64,000 nucleotides of DNA, taken from Eledone cirrhosa. Lineage: Eukaryota. Of the stretch, positions 48,401 to 61,819 are shown in pieces. Both the position numbers and the translations under genes were made by a program. The notes under the pieces were generated by a model. The model was not told the DNA's origin, did not search any database, and worked only from the letters and a program-made list of their open reading frames with translations. Location: the NCBI GenBank assembly GCA_964016885.1, contig OZ024743.1:133300001-133364000 (forward strand). Direction: 5' to 3'. Within the stretch, counting starts at the first letter, position 1. Every line of letters begins with the position of its first letter.

Positions 48401-51400
48401 ATGTTTGGGGCTTGGTGCCTGGTGCTTGGTGTTTGGTGCTTGGTGTTTGGTGCTTGGTGTTCGGTGCTTGGTGCTTGGTGCTTGGTACTTGGTGTATGTA
48501 CTTGGTGCTTGGTGCTTGGTGTTTGGTGCTTGGTTCTTGGTGTTTGGTGCTTCGTGCTTGGTGCTTGGTGTTTGGTGCTTGGTGCTTGGTGTTTGGTGCT
48601 TGGTTCTTGGTGTTTGGTGCTCCGTGCTTGGTGCTTGGTGTTTGGTGCTTGGTGCTTGGTGTTTGGTGCTTGGTGTTTGGTGTTTGGTGCTTGGTGTTTG
48701 GTACTTGGTGCTTGGTGCTTGGTGTTAAGTGTTTGGTGCTTGGTGCTTGGTGTTTGGTGCTTCGTGCTTGGTGCTTCGTGTTTGGTGCATGGTGCTTGGT
48801 GTTTGAGGCTTGGTGCCTGGTGCTTTGTGTTTGGTGCTAGGTGCTTGGTGCTTGGTCTTTGGTGTTTGGTGCTTGGTGCTTGGTGCTTGGTGTTTGGTGC
48901 TTGGTGCTTGGTGCTTGGTTATTAGTGTTTGGTGCTTGGTGCTTGGGGTTTGGTGTTTGGTGCTTGGTGCTTGGTGTTTGGTGTTTGCTGTATGGTGTTT
49001 GCTGTTTCGTGTTTGGTGTTTGCTGTTTGGTGTTTAATGCTTGGTGCTTGGTTCTTGGTGTTTGGTGCTTGGTGCTTGGTGCTTGGTGCTTGGCGTTTGC
49101 TCTTTGCTGTTTGGTGTTTGGTGCTTGCTGTTTGGTGTTTGGTGTTTGGTGTTTGGTGTTTGGTGCTTGCTGTTTGGTGCTTGGTGCTTGGTGTTTGGTC
49201 TTTGGTGTTTGGTTCTTGGTGCTTGGTGTTTGGTGCTTGGTGCTTGGTGCTGGGTGTTTGGTGCTTGGTGCTTGGTGTTTGGTGCTTGGTGCTTGGTGTT
49301 TGGTACTTGGTGCTTGGTGTTTGGTGTTTGGTGCTTGCTGTTTGGTGTTTGGTGCTTGCTGTTTGGTGTTTGGTGTTTGGTGTTTGGTGTTTGGTGCTTG
49401 CTGTTTGGTGCTTGGTGTTTGGTGCTTGGTGTATGTACTTGGTGCTTGGTGCTTGGTGTTTGGTGCTTGGTGCTTGGTGTTTGGTGCTTGGTGCTTGGTG
49501 TTTGGTACTTGGTGCTTGGTGTTTGGTGTTTGGTGCTTCGTGCTTGGTGCTTGGTGTTTGGGGCTTGGTGCCTGGTGCTTGGTGTTTGGTGCTTGGTGCT
49601 TGGTGCTTGGTGTTTGGTGTTTGGTGCTTGGTGCTTGGTGTTTGGTGCTTGGTGTTTGGTGCTTGGTGTATGTACTTGGTGCTTGGTGCTTGGTGTTTGG
49701 TGCTTGGTTCTTGGTGTTTGGTGCTTGGTGCTTGGTGCTTGGTGCTCGGTGTTTGGTGCTTGGTGTTAAGTGTTTGGTGCTTGGTGCTTGGTGTTTGGTG
49801 CTTCGTGCTTGGTGCTTGGTGTTTGGTGCATGGTGCTTGATGTTTGGGGCTTGGTGCCTGGTGCTTGGTGTTTGGTGCTTGGTGCTTGGTGCTTGGTGTT
49901 TGGTGTTTGGTGCTTGGTGCTTGGTGTTTGGTGCTTGGTGTTTGGTGCTTGGTGTTCGGTGCTTGGTGCTTGGTGCTTGGTACTTGGTGTTAGGTTTTTG
50001 GTGCTTGGGGCTTGGTGTTTCATGTTTGGTCCTTGGTGCTTGGTGTTTGGTGTTTGGTGCTTGGTGCTTGGTGTTTCGTGTTTGGTGCTTGCTGCTTGCT
50101 GCTTGGTGTTTGGTGCTTGGTGATTGGTGCTTGGTGTTTGGTGCTTGGTGATTGGTGCTTGGTGTTTGGTGTTTGGTGCTAGGTGCTTGGTGCTTGGTGT
50201 TTGGTGCTTGGTGCTTGGTGTTTGGTGTTTGGTGCTTGGTGCTTGGGGCTTGGTGTTTGGTGCTTGCTGCTTGGTGTTTGGTGCTTGCTGCTTGGTGTTT
50301 GGTGTTTGGTGCTTGGTGCTTGGTGTTTGGTGCTTGGTGCTTGGTGCTTGGTGTTAAGTGTTTGGTGCTTGGTGCTTGGTGGTTGGTGCTTCGTGCTTGG
50401 TGCTTGGTGTTTGGTGCATGGTGCTTGATGTTTGGGGCTTGGTGCCTGGTGCTTGGTGTTTGGTGCTTGGTGCTTGGTGCTTGGTGTTTGGTGTTTGGTG
50501 ATTGGTGCTTGGTGTTTGGTGCTTGGTGTTTGGTGCTTGGTGTTCGGTGCTTGGTGCTTGGTGCTTGGTACTTGGTGTTAGGTTTTTGGTGCTTGGGGCT
50601 TGGTGTTTGATGTTTGGTCCTTGGTGCTTGGTGTTTGGTGTTTGGTGCTTGGTGCTTGGTGTTTCGTGTTTGGTGCTTGCTGCTTGCTGCTTGGTGTTTG
50701 GTGCTTGGTGATTGGTGCTTGGTATTTGGTGCTTGGTGATTGGTGCTTGGTGTTTGGTGTTTGGTGCTAGGTGCTTGGTGCTTGGTGTTTGGTGCTTGGT
50801 GCTTGGTGTTTGGTGTTTGGTGCTTGGTGCTTGGGGCTTGGTGTTTGGTGCTTGCTGCTTGGTGTTTGGTGCTTGCTGCTTGGTGTTTGGTGTTTGGTGT
50901 TTGGTGCTTGCTGTTTGGTGCTTGGTGCTTGGTGCTGGGTGGTTGATGTTTGGTGCTTGGTGCTTGGTGTTTGGTGCTTGGTGCTTGGTGCTTATTGTTT
51001 GGTGCTTGGTGCTTGGTGCTTGGTGCTTGGTCTTTGGTGCTTGGTGTTTGGTGTTTGGTGTTTGGTGTTTGTGCTTGGTGCTTGGTGCTTGGTGTTTGGT
51101 GCTAGGTGCTTAACGCTTGGTGTTTGGTGCTTGGTGCTTGGTGCTTGGTGATTAGTGTTTGGTGCTTGGTGCTTGGGGTTTGGTGTTTTGTGTTTGCTGT
51201 TTGGTGTATGCGGTTTGGTGTCTGCTTTTTGGTGTTTGGTGTTTGCTGTATGGTGTTTGTAGTTTTGTGTTTCGTGTTTGCTGTTTGGTGTTTGGTGCTT
51301 GGTGCTTGGTGCTTGGTGTTTGGTGCTTGGTGCTTGGTGCTTGGTGTTTGGCGTTTGCTGTTTGCTGTTTGCTGTTTGGTGTTTGCTGTTTGGTGTTTGC

Positions 51401-51570
51401 TGTTTGGTGTTTGGTGCTTGGTGCTTGGTGGCTGGTGTTTGGTGCTTGGTGTTTGGATTTTGATCCTTGGTGCTTGGTGCCTGGTGTTTCGTGCTTGATG
51501 CTTGGTGCTTGGTGTTTGGTGTTTGGTGCTTGGTGTTTGGTGTTTGGTATTTGGTGCTTGGTGCTTGGTG
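45460..51570. repeat. Imperfect tandem pair of ~2.9-3.2 kb units, each containing a 588-bp internal duplication
   Basis: Offsets 45510->48405, 45915->48810 and 46146->49041 are 2895. 46953->50183, 47272->50502 and 47876->51106 are 3230. Internally, 46953->47541 and 50183->50771 are 588. Confidence 0.85.
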
Positions 51571-52109
51571 CTTGGTGTTTGGTGCTTGGTGCTTGGTGCT
51601 TGGTGTTTGATGCTGCGTGCTTGGTGTTTGGTGTTTGGTGCTTGGTGCTTGGTGTTTGGTGATTGGAGCTTGGTGCCTGGTGCTTGTTGTTTGGTGCCTG
51701 GTGCTTGTTGTTTGGTGTTTGGTGCTTGGTGCTTGGTGTTTGGTGCTTGGTGCTTGGTGCTTGGTGTTTGGTGCTTGGTGCTTGGTGTTTGGTGCTTGGT
51801 GCTTGGTGCTTGGTGCTTGGTGTTAGGTGTTTGGTGCTTGGTGCTTGGTGTTTGATGTTTGGTCTTTGGTGCTTGGTGTTTGGTGTTTGGTGCTTGGTGC
51901 TTGGTGTTTGGTGTTTGGTGCTTGCTGCTTGGTGCTTGGTGTTTGGTGCTTGGCGTTTGGTGTTTGGTGTTTGGTGCTTGGTGCTTGGTGTTTGGTGCTT
52001 GCTGCTTGCTGCTTGGGTTTTGGTGCTTGGTGATTGGTGCTTGGTGTTTTGCGCTTGGTGCTTGGTGTTTGGTGTTTGGTGTTTGGTGCTTGGTGCTTGG
52101 TGCTTGGTG

Positions 52110-55100
52110 CTTGGTGTTTGGTGCTGCGTGCTTGGTGTTTGGTGTCTGGAGTTTGGTGCTTGGTGCTTGGTGCCTGGTGTTTCGTGCTTGGTGCTTGGTG
52201 CTTGGTGTTTGGTGTTTGGTGCTTGGTGTTTGGTGTTTGGTACTTGGTGTTTGGTGCTTGGTGTCTGGTGCTTGGTGTTTGGTGCTTGGTGCTTGGTGTT
52301 TGGTGATTGGTGCTTGGTGTTTGGTGATTGGTGCTTGATGCTTGGTGCTTGGTGTTAGGTGTTTGGTGCTTGGTGCTTGGTGTTTGATGTTTGGTCCTTG
52401 GTGCTTGGTGTTTGGTGTTTGGTGCTTGGTGCTTGTTGTTTGGTGTTTGGTGCTTGCTGCTTGCTGCTTGGTGTTTGTTGCTTGGTGTTTTGTGCTTGAT
52501 GCTTGGTGTTTGTTGTTTGGTGCTAGGGGCTTAGTGCTTGGTGCTTGGTGTTTGGTGCTTGGTGCTTGCTGTTTGGTGTTTGGTGCTTGGTGCGTGGGAC
52601 TTAGTGTTTGGTGTTTGGTGCTTGGTGTTTGGTGCTTGGTGTTTGGTGCTTGGTGTTTGGGGCTTGGTGTTCGGTGCTTGGTGCCTGGTGCTTGGGGCTT
52701 GGTGTTTGGTGTTTGGTGCTTGGTGCTTGGTGTTTGATGTTGGGTGCTTGGTGCTTGGTGTTTGGTGTTTGGTGCTTGGTGTTTGGTGTTTGGTGCTTGG
52801 TGCTTGGTGTTGGTGTTTGGTGCTTGGTGCTTGGGGATTGGTGTTTGGTGCTTGGTGCTTGGTGTTTGGTGTTTGGTGCTTGGTGCTTGGGGCTTGGTGT
52901 TTGGTGCTTGGTGCTTTGTGCTTGGTGTTTAGTGTTTGGTGTTTGGTGCTTGGTGTTTGGTGCTTGGTGCTTGGTGCTGGGTGGTTGGTGTTTGGTGCTT
53001 GGTGCTTGGTGTTTGGTGCTTGGTGCTTGGTGCTTGTTGTTTGGTGCTTGGTGCTTGGTGCTTGGTCTTTGGTGCTTGGAGTTTGGTGGTTGGTGCTTGG
53101 TGCTTGGTGTTTGGTGTTTGGTGTTTGCTGTTTGGTGTCTGCTTTTTGGTATTTAGTGTTTGCTGTATGGTGTTTGCTGTTTCGTATTTGGTGCTTGGTG
53201 TTTCGTGCTTGGTGTCTAGTGTTTGGGTTTTGGTGTTTGGTGCTTGGTGCTTAGTGTTTGGTGTTTGTGCTTGGTGGTTGGTGTTTGGTGTTTGGTGCTT
53301 GGTGTTTGGTGCTTGGTGCATTGTGCCTGCTGTTTGGTGCTGGGTGTATGGTGTTTGGTGCTTGGTGCTTGGTGCTTGGTGTTTGGTGTTTGGTGCTTGG
53401 TGTTTGATGCTTGTTGCTTGGTGCTTGATGTTTTGTGTTTGGTGTTTGGTGCTTGGTGTATGTACTTGGTGCTTGGTGCTTGGTGTTTGGTGCTTGGTTC
53501 TTGGTGCTTGGTGCTTGGTGCTTGGTGTTTGGTGCTTGGTGCTTGGTGTTTGGTGCTTGGTGTTTGGTGTTTGGTGGTTGGTGTTTGGTACTTGGTGCTT
53601 GGTGCTTGGTGTTAAGTGTTTGGTGCTTGGTGTTTGGTGCTTCGTGCTTGGTGCTTGGTGTTTGGTGGATGGTGCTTGGTGTTTGGGGCTTGGTGCCTGG
53701 TGCTTTGTGTTTGGTGCTAGGTGCTTGGTGCTTGGTCTTTGGTGTTTGGTGCTTGGTGCTTGGTGCTTGGTGTTTGGTGCTTGGTGCTTGGTGCTTGGTT
53801 ATTAGTGTTTGGTGCTTGGTGCTTGGGGTTTGGTGTTTGGTGCTTGGTGCTTTGTGTTTGGTGTTTGCTGTATGGTGTTTGCTGTTTCGTGTTTGGTCTT
53901 TGCTGTTTGGTGTTTAATGCTTGGTGCTTGGAGCTTGGTGTTTGGTGCTTGGTGCTTGGTGCTTGGTGCTTGGCGTTTGCTCTTTGCTGTTTGGTGTTTG
54001 GTGCTTGCTGTTTGGTGTTTGGTGTTTGGTGTTTGGTGCTTGCTGTTTGGTGCTTGGTGCTTGGTGTTTGGTCTTTGGTGTTTGGTGCTTGGTGCTTGGT
54101 GTTTGGTGCTTGGTGCTGGGTGTTTGGTGCTTGGTGCTTGGTGTTTGGTGCTTGGTGCTTGATGCTTGGTGCTTGGTGTTTGGTCCTTGGTGCTTGGTGC
54201 TTGGTCTTTGGTGCTTGGGGTTTGGTGTTTGGTGCTTGGTGCTTGGTGTTTGGTGCTTGGTGCTTGGTGCTTGGTGTTTGGTGTTTGGTGCTTGCTGCTT
54301 GGTGCTTGGTGTTTGGTGCTTGGCACTTGGTGATTAGTGTTTGGTGCATGGTGCTTGGTGTTTGTTGTTTGGTGCTTGGTGCTTGGTGTTTGGTGCTTGG
54401 TGCTTGCTGTTTGGTGTTTGGTGTTTGGTGCTTGGTGCTTGGTGTTTGGTGTTTGGTGTTTGGTGTTTGGTGTTTGGTGCTTGGTGCTTGAGGTTTGGAG
54501 CTTGGTGTTTGGTGCTTGGTGTATGTACTTGGTGCTTGGTGCTTGGTGTTTGGTGCTTGGTTCTTGGTGTTTGGTGCTTGGTGCTTGGTGCTTGGTGTTT
54601 GGTGCTTGGTGCTTGGTGTTTGGTACTTGGTGCTTGGTGTTTGGTGTTTGGTGCTTGGTGTTTGGTGCTTGGTGCTTGGTGCTTGGTGTTAAGTGTTTGG
54701 TGCTTGGTGCTTGGTGTTTGGTGCTTCGTGCTTGGTGCTTGGTGTTTGGTGCATGGTGCTTGATGTTTGGGGCTTGGTGCCTGGTGCTTGGTGTTTGGTG
54801 CTTGGTGCTTGGTGCTTGGTGTTTGGTGTTTGCTGCTTGGTGCTTGGTGTTTGGTGCTTGGTGTTTGGTGCTTGGTGTTCGGTGCTTGGTGCTTGGTGCT
54901 TGGTACTTGGTGTTAGGTTTTTGGTGCTTGGGGCTTGGTGTTTGGTGCTTGGTGCTTGGTGCTTGGTGCTTGGTGTTAGGTGTTTGGTGCTTGGTGCTTG
55001 GTGTTTGATGTTTGGTCCTTGGTGCCTGGTGTTTGGTGTTTGGTGCTTGGTGCTGCGTGCTTGGTGTTTGGTGTCTGGAGTTTGGTGCTTGGTGCTTGGT

Positions 55101-58100
55101 GCCTGGTGTTTCGTGCTTGGTGCTTGGTGCTTGGTGTTTGGTGTTTGGTGCTTGGTGTTTGGTGTTTGGTACTTGGTGTTTGGTGCTTGGTGCCTGGTGC
55201 TTGGTGTTTGGTGCTTGGTGCTTAGTGTTTGGTGATTGGTGCTTGGTGTTTGGTGATTGGTGCTTGATGCTTGGTGCTTGGTGTTAGGTGTTTGGTGCTT
55301 GGTGCTTGGTGTTTGATGTTTGGTCCTTGGTGCTTGGTGTTTGGTGTTTGGTGCTTGGTGCTTGTTGTTTGGTGTTTGGTGCTTGCTGCTTGCTGTTTGG
55401 TGTTTGTTGCTTGGTGTTTTGTGCTTGATGCTTGGTGTTTGTTGTTTGGTGCTAGGGGCTTAGTGCTTGGTGCTTGGTGTTTGGTGCTTGGTGCTTGCTG
55501 TTTGGTGTTTGGTGCTTGGTGCGTGGGACTTAGTGTTTGGTGTTTGGTGCTTGGTGTTTGGTGCTTGGTGTTCGGTGCTTGGTGTTTGGGGCTTGGTGTT
55601 CGGTGCTTGGTGCCTGGTGCTTGGGGCTTGGTGTTTGGTGTTTGGTGCTTACTGCTTGGTGTTTGATGTTGGGTCCTTGGTGCTTGGTGTTTGGTGTTTG
55701 GTGCTTGGTGTTTGGTGTTTGGTGCTTGGTGCTTGGTGTTGGTGTTTGGTGCTTGGTGCTTGGGGCTTGGTGTTTGGTGCTTGGTGCTTGGTGTTTGGTG
55801 TTTGGTGCTTGGTGCTTGGTGTTTAGTGTTTGGTGTTTGGTGCTTGGTGTTTGGTGCTTGGTGCTTGGTGCTGGGTGGTTGGTGTTTGGTGCTTGGTGCT
55901 TGGTGTTTGGTGCTTGGTGCTTGGTGCTTGTTGTTTGGTGCTTGGTGCTTGGTGCTTGGTGCTTGGTCTTTGGTGCTTGGAGTTTGGTGGTTGGTGCTTG
56001 GTGCTTGGTGTTTGGTGTTTGGTGTTTGCTGTTTGGTGTCTGCTTTTTGGTATTTAGTGTTTGCTGTATGGTGTTTGCTGTTTCGTATTTGGTGCTTGGT
56101 GTTTGGTGCTTGGTGCTTGGTGTTTGGCGTTTGGTGCTTGGTGCTTGGTGTTTGGTGCTTGGTGCTTGGTGTTTGGTGTTTGGTGCTTGGTGCCTGGTGC
56201 TTGTTGTTTGGTGTTTGGTGCTTGGTGCTTGGTGTTTGGTGTTTAGTGCTTGGTGTCTGGTGTTTGGTGCTTGGTGTTTGGTGTTTGGTGCTTGGTGCTT
56301 GGTGTTGGTGTTTGGTGTTTGGTGCTTGGTGCTTGGTGTTTGGTGTTTGGTGCTGGGTGCTTGGAGTTTGGTGCTTGGTGTTTGGTGCTTAGTGCTTGGT
56401 GTTTGGTGTTTGGTGCTTGGTGTTTGGTGTTTGGTGTTTGACGCTTGGTTTTTGCTGCTTGTTGCTTGGTGCTTGGTGCTTGGTGTTCTGTGTTTGGTGC
56501 TTGGTGCTTGGTGCCTGGTGCTTGGTGCTTGGTGCTTGTTGTTTGGTGCTTGGTGCTTGGTGATTAGTGTTTGGTGCTTGGTGCTTGGTGTTTGGTGTTT
56601 GGTGTTTCGTGCTTGGTGTCTAGTATTTGGGTTTTGGTGTTTGGTGCTTGGTGCTTAGTGTTTGGTGTTTGTGCTTGGTGCTTGGTGTTTGGTGTTTGGT
56701 GCTTGGTGTTTGGTGCTTGGTGCTTTGTGCCTGCTGTTTGGTGCTAGGTGTATGGTGTTTGGTGCTTGGTGCTTGGTGTTTGGTGTTTGGTGTTTGGTGT
56801 ATGGTGTTTGATGCTTGTTGCTTGGTGCTTGATGTTTTGTGTTTGGTGTTTGGTGCTTGGTGTATGTACTTGGTGCTTGGTGCTTGGTGTTTGGTGTTTG
56901 GTTCTTGGTGCTTGGTGCTTGGTGCTTGGTGCTTGGTGTTTGGTGCTTGGTGCTTGGTGTTTGGTGCTTGGTGTTTGGTGTTTGGTGCTTGGTGTTTGGT
57001 ACTTGGTGCTTGGTGCTTGGTGTTAAGTGTTTGGTGCTTGGTGTTTGGTGCTTCGTGCTTGGTGCTTGGTGTTTGGTGGATGGTGCTTGGTGTTTGGGGC
57101 TTGGTGCCTGGTGCTTTGTGTTTGGTGCTAGGTGCTTGGTGCTTGGTCTTTGGTGTTTGGTGCTTGGTGCTTGGTGCTTGGTGTTTGGTGCTTGGTGCTT
57201 GGTGCTTGGTGCTTGGCGTTTGCTCTTTGCTGTTTGGTGTTTGGTGCTTGCTGTTTGGTGTTTGGTGTTTGGTGTTTGGTGTTTGGTGCTTGCTGTTTGG
57301 TGCTTGGTGCTTGGTGTTTGGTCTTTGGTGTTTGGTGCTTGGTGCTTGGCGTTTGGTGCTTGGTGCTTGGTGCTGGGTGTTTGGTGCTTGGTGCTTGGTG
57401 TTTGGTGCTTGGTGCTTGATGCTTGGTGCTTGGTGTTTGGTCCTTGGTGCTTGGTGCTTGGTCTTTGGTGCTTGGGGTTTGGTGTTTGGTGCTTGGTGCT
57501 TGGTGTTTGGTGCTTGGTGCTTGGTGCTTGGTGTTTGGTGTTTGGTGCTTGCTGCTTGGTGCTTGGTGTTTGGTGCTTGGTGCTTGGTGATTAGTGTTTG
57601 GTGCATGGTGCTTGGTGTTTGTTGTTTGGTGCTTGGTGCTTGGTGTTTGGTGCTTGGTGCTTGCTGTTTGGTGTTTGGTGTTTGGTGCTTGGTGCTTGGT
57701 GTTTGGTGTTTGGTATTTGGTGTTTGGTGTTTGGTGCTTGGTGCTTGGTGTTTGGTGCTTGGTGCTTGGTGCTTGGTGCTTGGTGTTTGGTGCTTGGTTC
57801 TTGGTGTTTGGTGCTTGGTGCTTGGTGCTTGGTGTTTGGTGCTTGGTGCTTGGTGTTTGGTACTTGGTGCTTGGTGTTTGGTGTTTGGTGCTTGGTGTTT
57901 GGTGTTTGGTGCTTGGTGCTTGGTGTTAAGTGTTTGGTGCTTGGTGCTTGGTGTTTGGTGCTTCGTGCTTGGTGCTTGGTGTTTGGTGCATGGTGCTTGA
58001 TGTTTGGGGCTTGGTGCCTGGTGCTTGGTGTTTGGTGCTTGGTGCTTGGTGCTTGGTGTTTGGTGTTTGGTGCTTGGTGCTTGGTGTTTGGTGCTTGGTG

Positions 58101-61100
58101 TTTGGTGCTTGGTGTTCGGTGCTTGGTGCTTGGTGCTTGGTACTTGGTGTTAGGTTTTTGGTGCTTGGGGCTTGGTGTTTCATGTTTGGTCCTTGGTGCT
58201 TGGTGTTTGGTGTTTGGTGCTTGGTGCTTGGTGTTTCGTGTTTGGTCCTTGCTGCTTGCTGCTTGGTGTTTGGTGCTTGGTGATTGGTGCTTGGTGTTTG
58301 GTGCTTGGTGGTTGGTGCTTGGTGTTTGGTGTTTGGTTCTAGGTGCTTGGTGCTTGGTGTTTGGTGCTTGGTGCTTGGTGTTTGGTGTTTGGTGCTTGGT
58401 GCTTGGGGCTTGGTGTTTGGTGCTTGCTGCTTGGTGTTTGGTGCTTGCTGCTTGGTGTTTGGTGTTTGGTGTTTGGTGTTTGGTGTTTGGTGCTTGGTGC
58501 TTGGTGCTGGGTGGTTGATGTTTGGTGCTTGGTGCTTGGTGTTTGGTGCTTGGTGCTTGGTGCTTATTGTTTGGTGTTTGGTGCTTGGTGCTTGGTGCTT
58601 GGTCTTTGGTGCTTGGTGTTTGGTGTTTGGTGTTTGGTGTTTGGTGTTTGTGCTTGGTGCTTGGTGCTTGGTGTTTGGTGCTAGGTGCTTAACGCTTGGT
58701 GTTTGGTGCTTGGTGTTTTGTGCTTGGGGTTTGGTGTTTTGTGTTTGCTGTTTGGTGTATGCGGTTTAGTGTCTGCTTTTTGGTGTTTGGTGTTTGCTGT
58801 ATGGTGTTTGCAGTTTTGTGTTTCGTGTTTGCTGTTTGGTGTTTGGTGCTTGGTGCTTGGTGCTTGGTGTTTGTTGCTTGGTGCTTGGTGCTTGGTGTTT
58901 GGCGTTTGCTGTTTGCTGTTTGGTGTTTGGTGTTTGCTGTTTGGTGTTTGCTGTTTGGTGTTTGGTGCTTGGTGCTTGGTGGCTGGTGTTTGGTGCTTGG
59001 TGTTTGGATTTTGGTCCTTGGTGCTTGGTGCCTGGTGTTTCGTGCTTGGTGCTTGGTGCTTGGTGTTTGGTGTTTGGTGCTTGGTGTTTGGTGTTTGGTA
59101 TTTGGTGCTTGGTGCTTGGTGCTTGGTGTTTGGTGCTTGGTGCTTGGTGCTTGGTGTTTGATGCTGCGTTCTTGGTGTTTGGTGTTTGGTGCTTGGTGCT
59201 TGGTGTTTGGTGATTGGAGCTTGGTGACTGGTGCTTGTTGTTTGGTGCCTGGTGCTTGTTGTTTGGTGTTTGGTGCTTGGTGCTTGGTGTTTGGTGCTTG
59301 GTGCTTGGTGCTTGGTGTTTGGTGCTTGGTGCTTGGTGTTTGGTGCTTGGTGCTTGGTGCTTGGTGCTTGGTGTTAGGTGTTTAGTGCTTGGTGCTTGGT
59401 GTTTGATGTTTGGTCCTTGGTGCTTGGTGTTTGGTGTTTGGTGCTTGGTGCTTGGTGTTTGGTGTTTGGTGCTTGGTGCTTGGTGCTTGGTGTTTTGTGT
59501 TTGGAGTTTGGTGCTTGGTGTTTGGTGCTTCGGTCTTGGTGCTTGGTGTTTGGTGCTTGGTGTTTGGTGCTTGGTGCTTGGTGCCTGGTGCTTGGTGTTA
59601 GGTGTTTGGTGCTTGGTGCTTGGTGTTTGATGTTTGGTCCTTGGTGCTTGGTGTTTGGTGTTTGGTGCTTGGTGTGTGGTGTTTGTTGTTTGGTGCTTGG
59701 TGCTTGGTGTTTGGTGCTTGCTGCTTGCTGCTTGGGTTTTGGTGCTTGGTGATTGGTGCTTGGTGTTTTGCGCTTGGTGCTTGGTGTTTGGTGTTTGGTG
59801 TTTGGTGCTTGGTGCTTGGTTCTTGGTGCTTGGTGTTTGGTGCTGCGTGCTTGGTGTTTGGTGTCTGGAGTTTGGTGCTTGGTGCTTGTTGCCTGGTGTT
59901 TCGTGCTTGGTGCTTAGTGCTTGGTGTTTGGTGCTTGGTGTTTGGTGTTTGGTACTTGGTACTTGGTGTTTGGTGCTTGGTGCCCGGTGCTTGGTGTTTG
60001 GTGCTTGGTGCTTGGTGTTTGGTGATTGGTGCTTGGTGTTTGGTGATTGGTGCTTGATGCTTGGTGCTTGGTGTTAGGTGTTAGGTGCTTGGTGCTTGGT
60101 GTTTGATGTTTGGTCCTTGGTGCTTGGTGTTTGGTGTTTGGTGCTTGGTGCTTGTTGTTTGGTGTTTGGTGCTTGCTGCTTGCTGCCTGGTGTTTGTTGC
60201 TTGGTGTTTTGTGCTTGATGCTTGGTGTTTGTTGTTTGGTGCTAGGGGCTTAGTGCTTGGTGCTTGGTGTTTGGTGCTTGGTGCTTGCTGTTTGGTGTTT
60301 GGTGCTTGGTGCGTGGGACTTAGTGTTTGGTGTTTGGTGCTTGGTGTTTGGTGCTTGGTGTTTGGTGCTTGGTGTTTGGGGCTTGGTGTTCGGTGCTTGG
60401 TGCCTGGTGCTTGGGGCTTGGTGTTTGGTGTTTGGTGCTTGGTGCTTTGTGTTTGATGTTGGGTCCTTGGTGCTTGGTGTTTGGAGTTTGGTGCTTGGTG
60501 TTTCGTGTTTGGTGCTTGGTGCTTGGTGTTGGTGTTTGGTGCTTGGTGCTTGGGGCTTGGTGTTTGGTGCTTGGTGCTTGGTGTTTGGTGTTTGGTGCTT
60601 GGTGCTTGGAGTTTGGTGGTTGGTGCTTGGTGCATGGTGTTTGGTGTTTGGTGTTTGCTGTTTGGTGTCTGCTTTTTGGTATTTAGTGTTTGCTGTATGG
60701 TGTTTGCTGTTTCGTATTTGGTGCTTGGTGTTTGGTGCTTGGTGCTTGGTGTTTGGCGTTTGGTGCTTGGTGCTTGGTGTTTGGTGCTTGGTGCTTGGTG
60801 TTTGGTGTTTGGTGCTTGGTGCCTGGTGCTTGTTGTTTGGTGTTTGGTGCTTGGTGCTTGGTGTTTGGTGTTTGGTGCTTGGTGTCTGGTGTTTGGTGCT
60901 TGGTGTTTGGTGTTTGGTGCTTGGTGCTTGGTGTTGGTGTTTGGTGTTTGGTGCTTGGTGCTTGGTGTTTGGTGTTTGGTGCTGGGTGCTTGGAGTTTGG
61001 TGCTTGGTGTTTGGTGCTTAGTGCTTGGTGTTTGGTGTTTGGTGCTTGCTGTTTGGTGTTTGGTGTTTGATGCTTGGTTTTTGCTGCTTGTTGCTTGGTG

Positions 61101-61800
61101 CTTGGTGCTTGGTGTTCTGTGTTTGGTGCTTGGTGCTTGGTGCCTGGTGCTTGGTGCTTGGTGCTTGTTGTTTGGTGCTTGGTGCTTGGTGATTAGTGTT
61201 TGGTGCTTGGTGCTTGGTGTTTGGTGTTTCGTGTTTCGTGCTTGGTGTCTAGTGTTTGGGTTTTGGTGTTTGGTGCTTGGTGCTTAGTGTTTGGTGTTTG
61301 TGCTTGGTGCTTGGTGTTTGGTGTTTGGTGCTTGGTATTTGGTGCTTGGTGCTTTGTGCTTGCTGTTTGGTGCTGGGTGTATGGTGTTTGGTGCTTGGTG
61401 CTTGGTGCTTGGTGTTTGGTGTTTGGTGCTTGGTACTTGGTGTTTGGTGTTTGATGCTTGGTGTTTGATGCTTGTTGCTTGGTGCTTGATGTTTTGTGTT
61501 TGGTGTTTGGTGCTTGGTGTATGTACTTGGTGCTTGGTGCTTGGTGTTTGGTGCTTGGTTCTTGGTGCTTGGTGCTTGGTGCTTGGTGTTTGGTGCTTGG
61601 TGCTTGGTGTTTGGTGCTTGGTGTTTGGTGTTTGGTGCTTGGTGTTTGGTACTTGGTGCTTGGTGCTTGGTGTTAAGTGTTTGGTGCTTGGTGCTTGGTG
61701 TTTGGTGCTTCGTGCTTGGTGCTTGGTGTTTGGTGGATGGTGCTTGGTGTTTGGGGCTTGGTGCCTGGTGCTTTGTGTTTGGTGCTAGGTGCTTGGTGCT
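52110..61800. repeat. Three related copies of a block starting at about 52110, 55040 and 59830
   Basis: GCTGCGTG lies at about 52123/55052/59842, GCGTGGGACTTAG at about 52592/55521/60311 and GTATTTAG at about 53149/56050/60679. ORF offsets are 52538->55467 (2929), 55467->60257 (4790) and 56061->60690 (4629). Confidence 0.82.
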
Positions 61801-61819
61801 TGGTCTTCGGTGTTTGGTG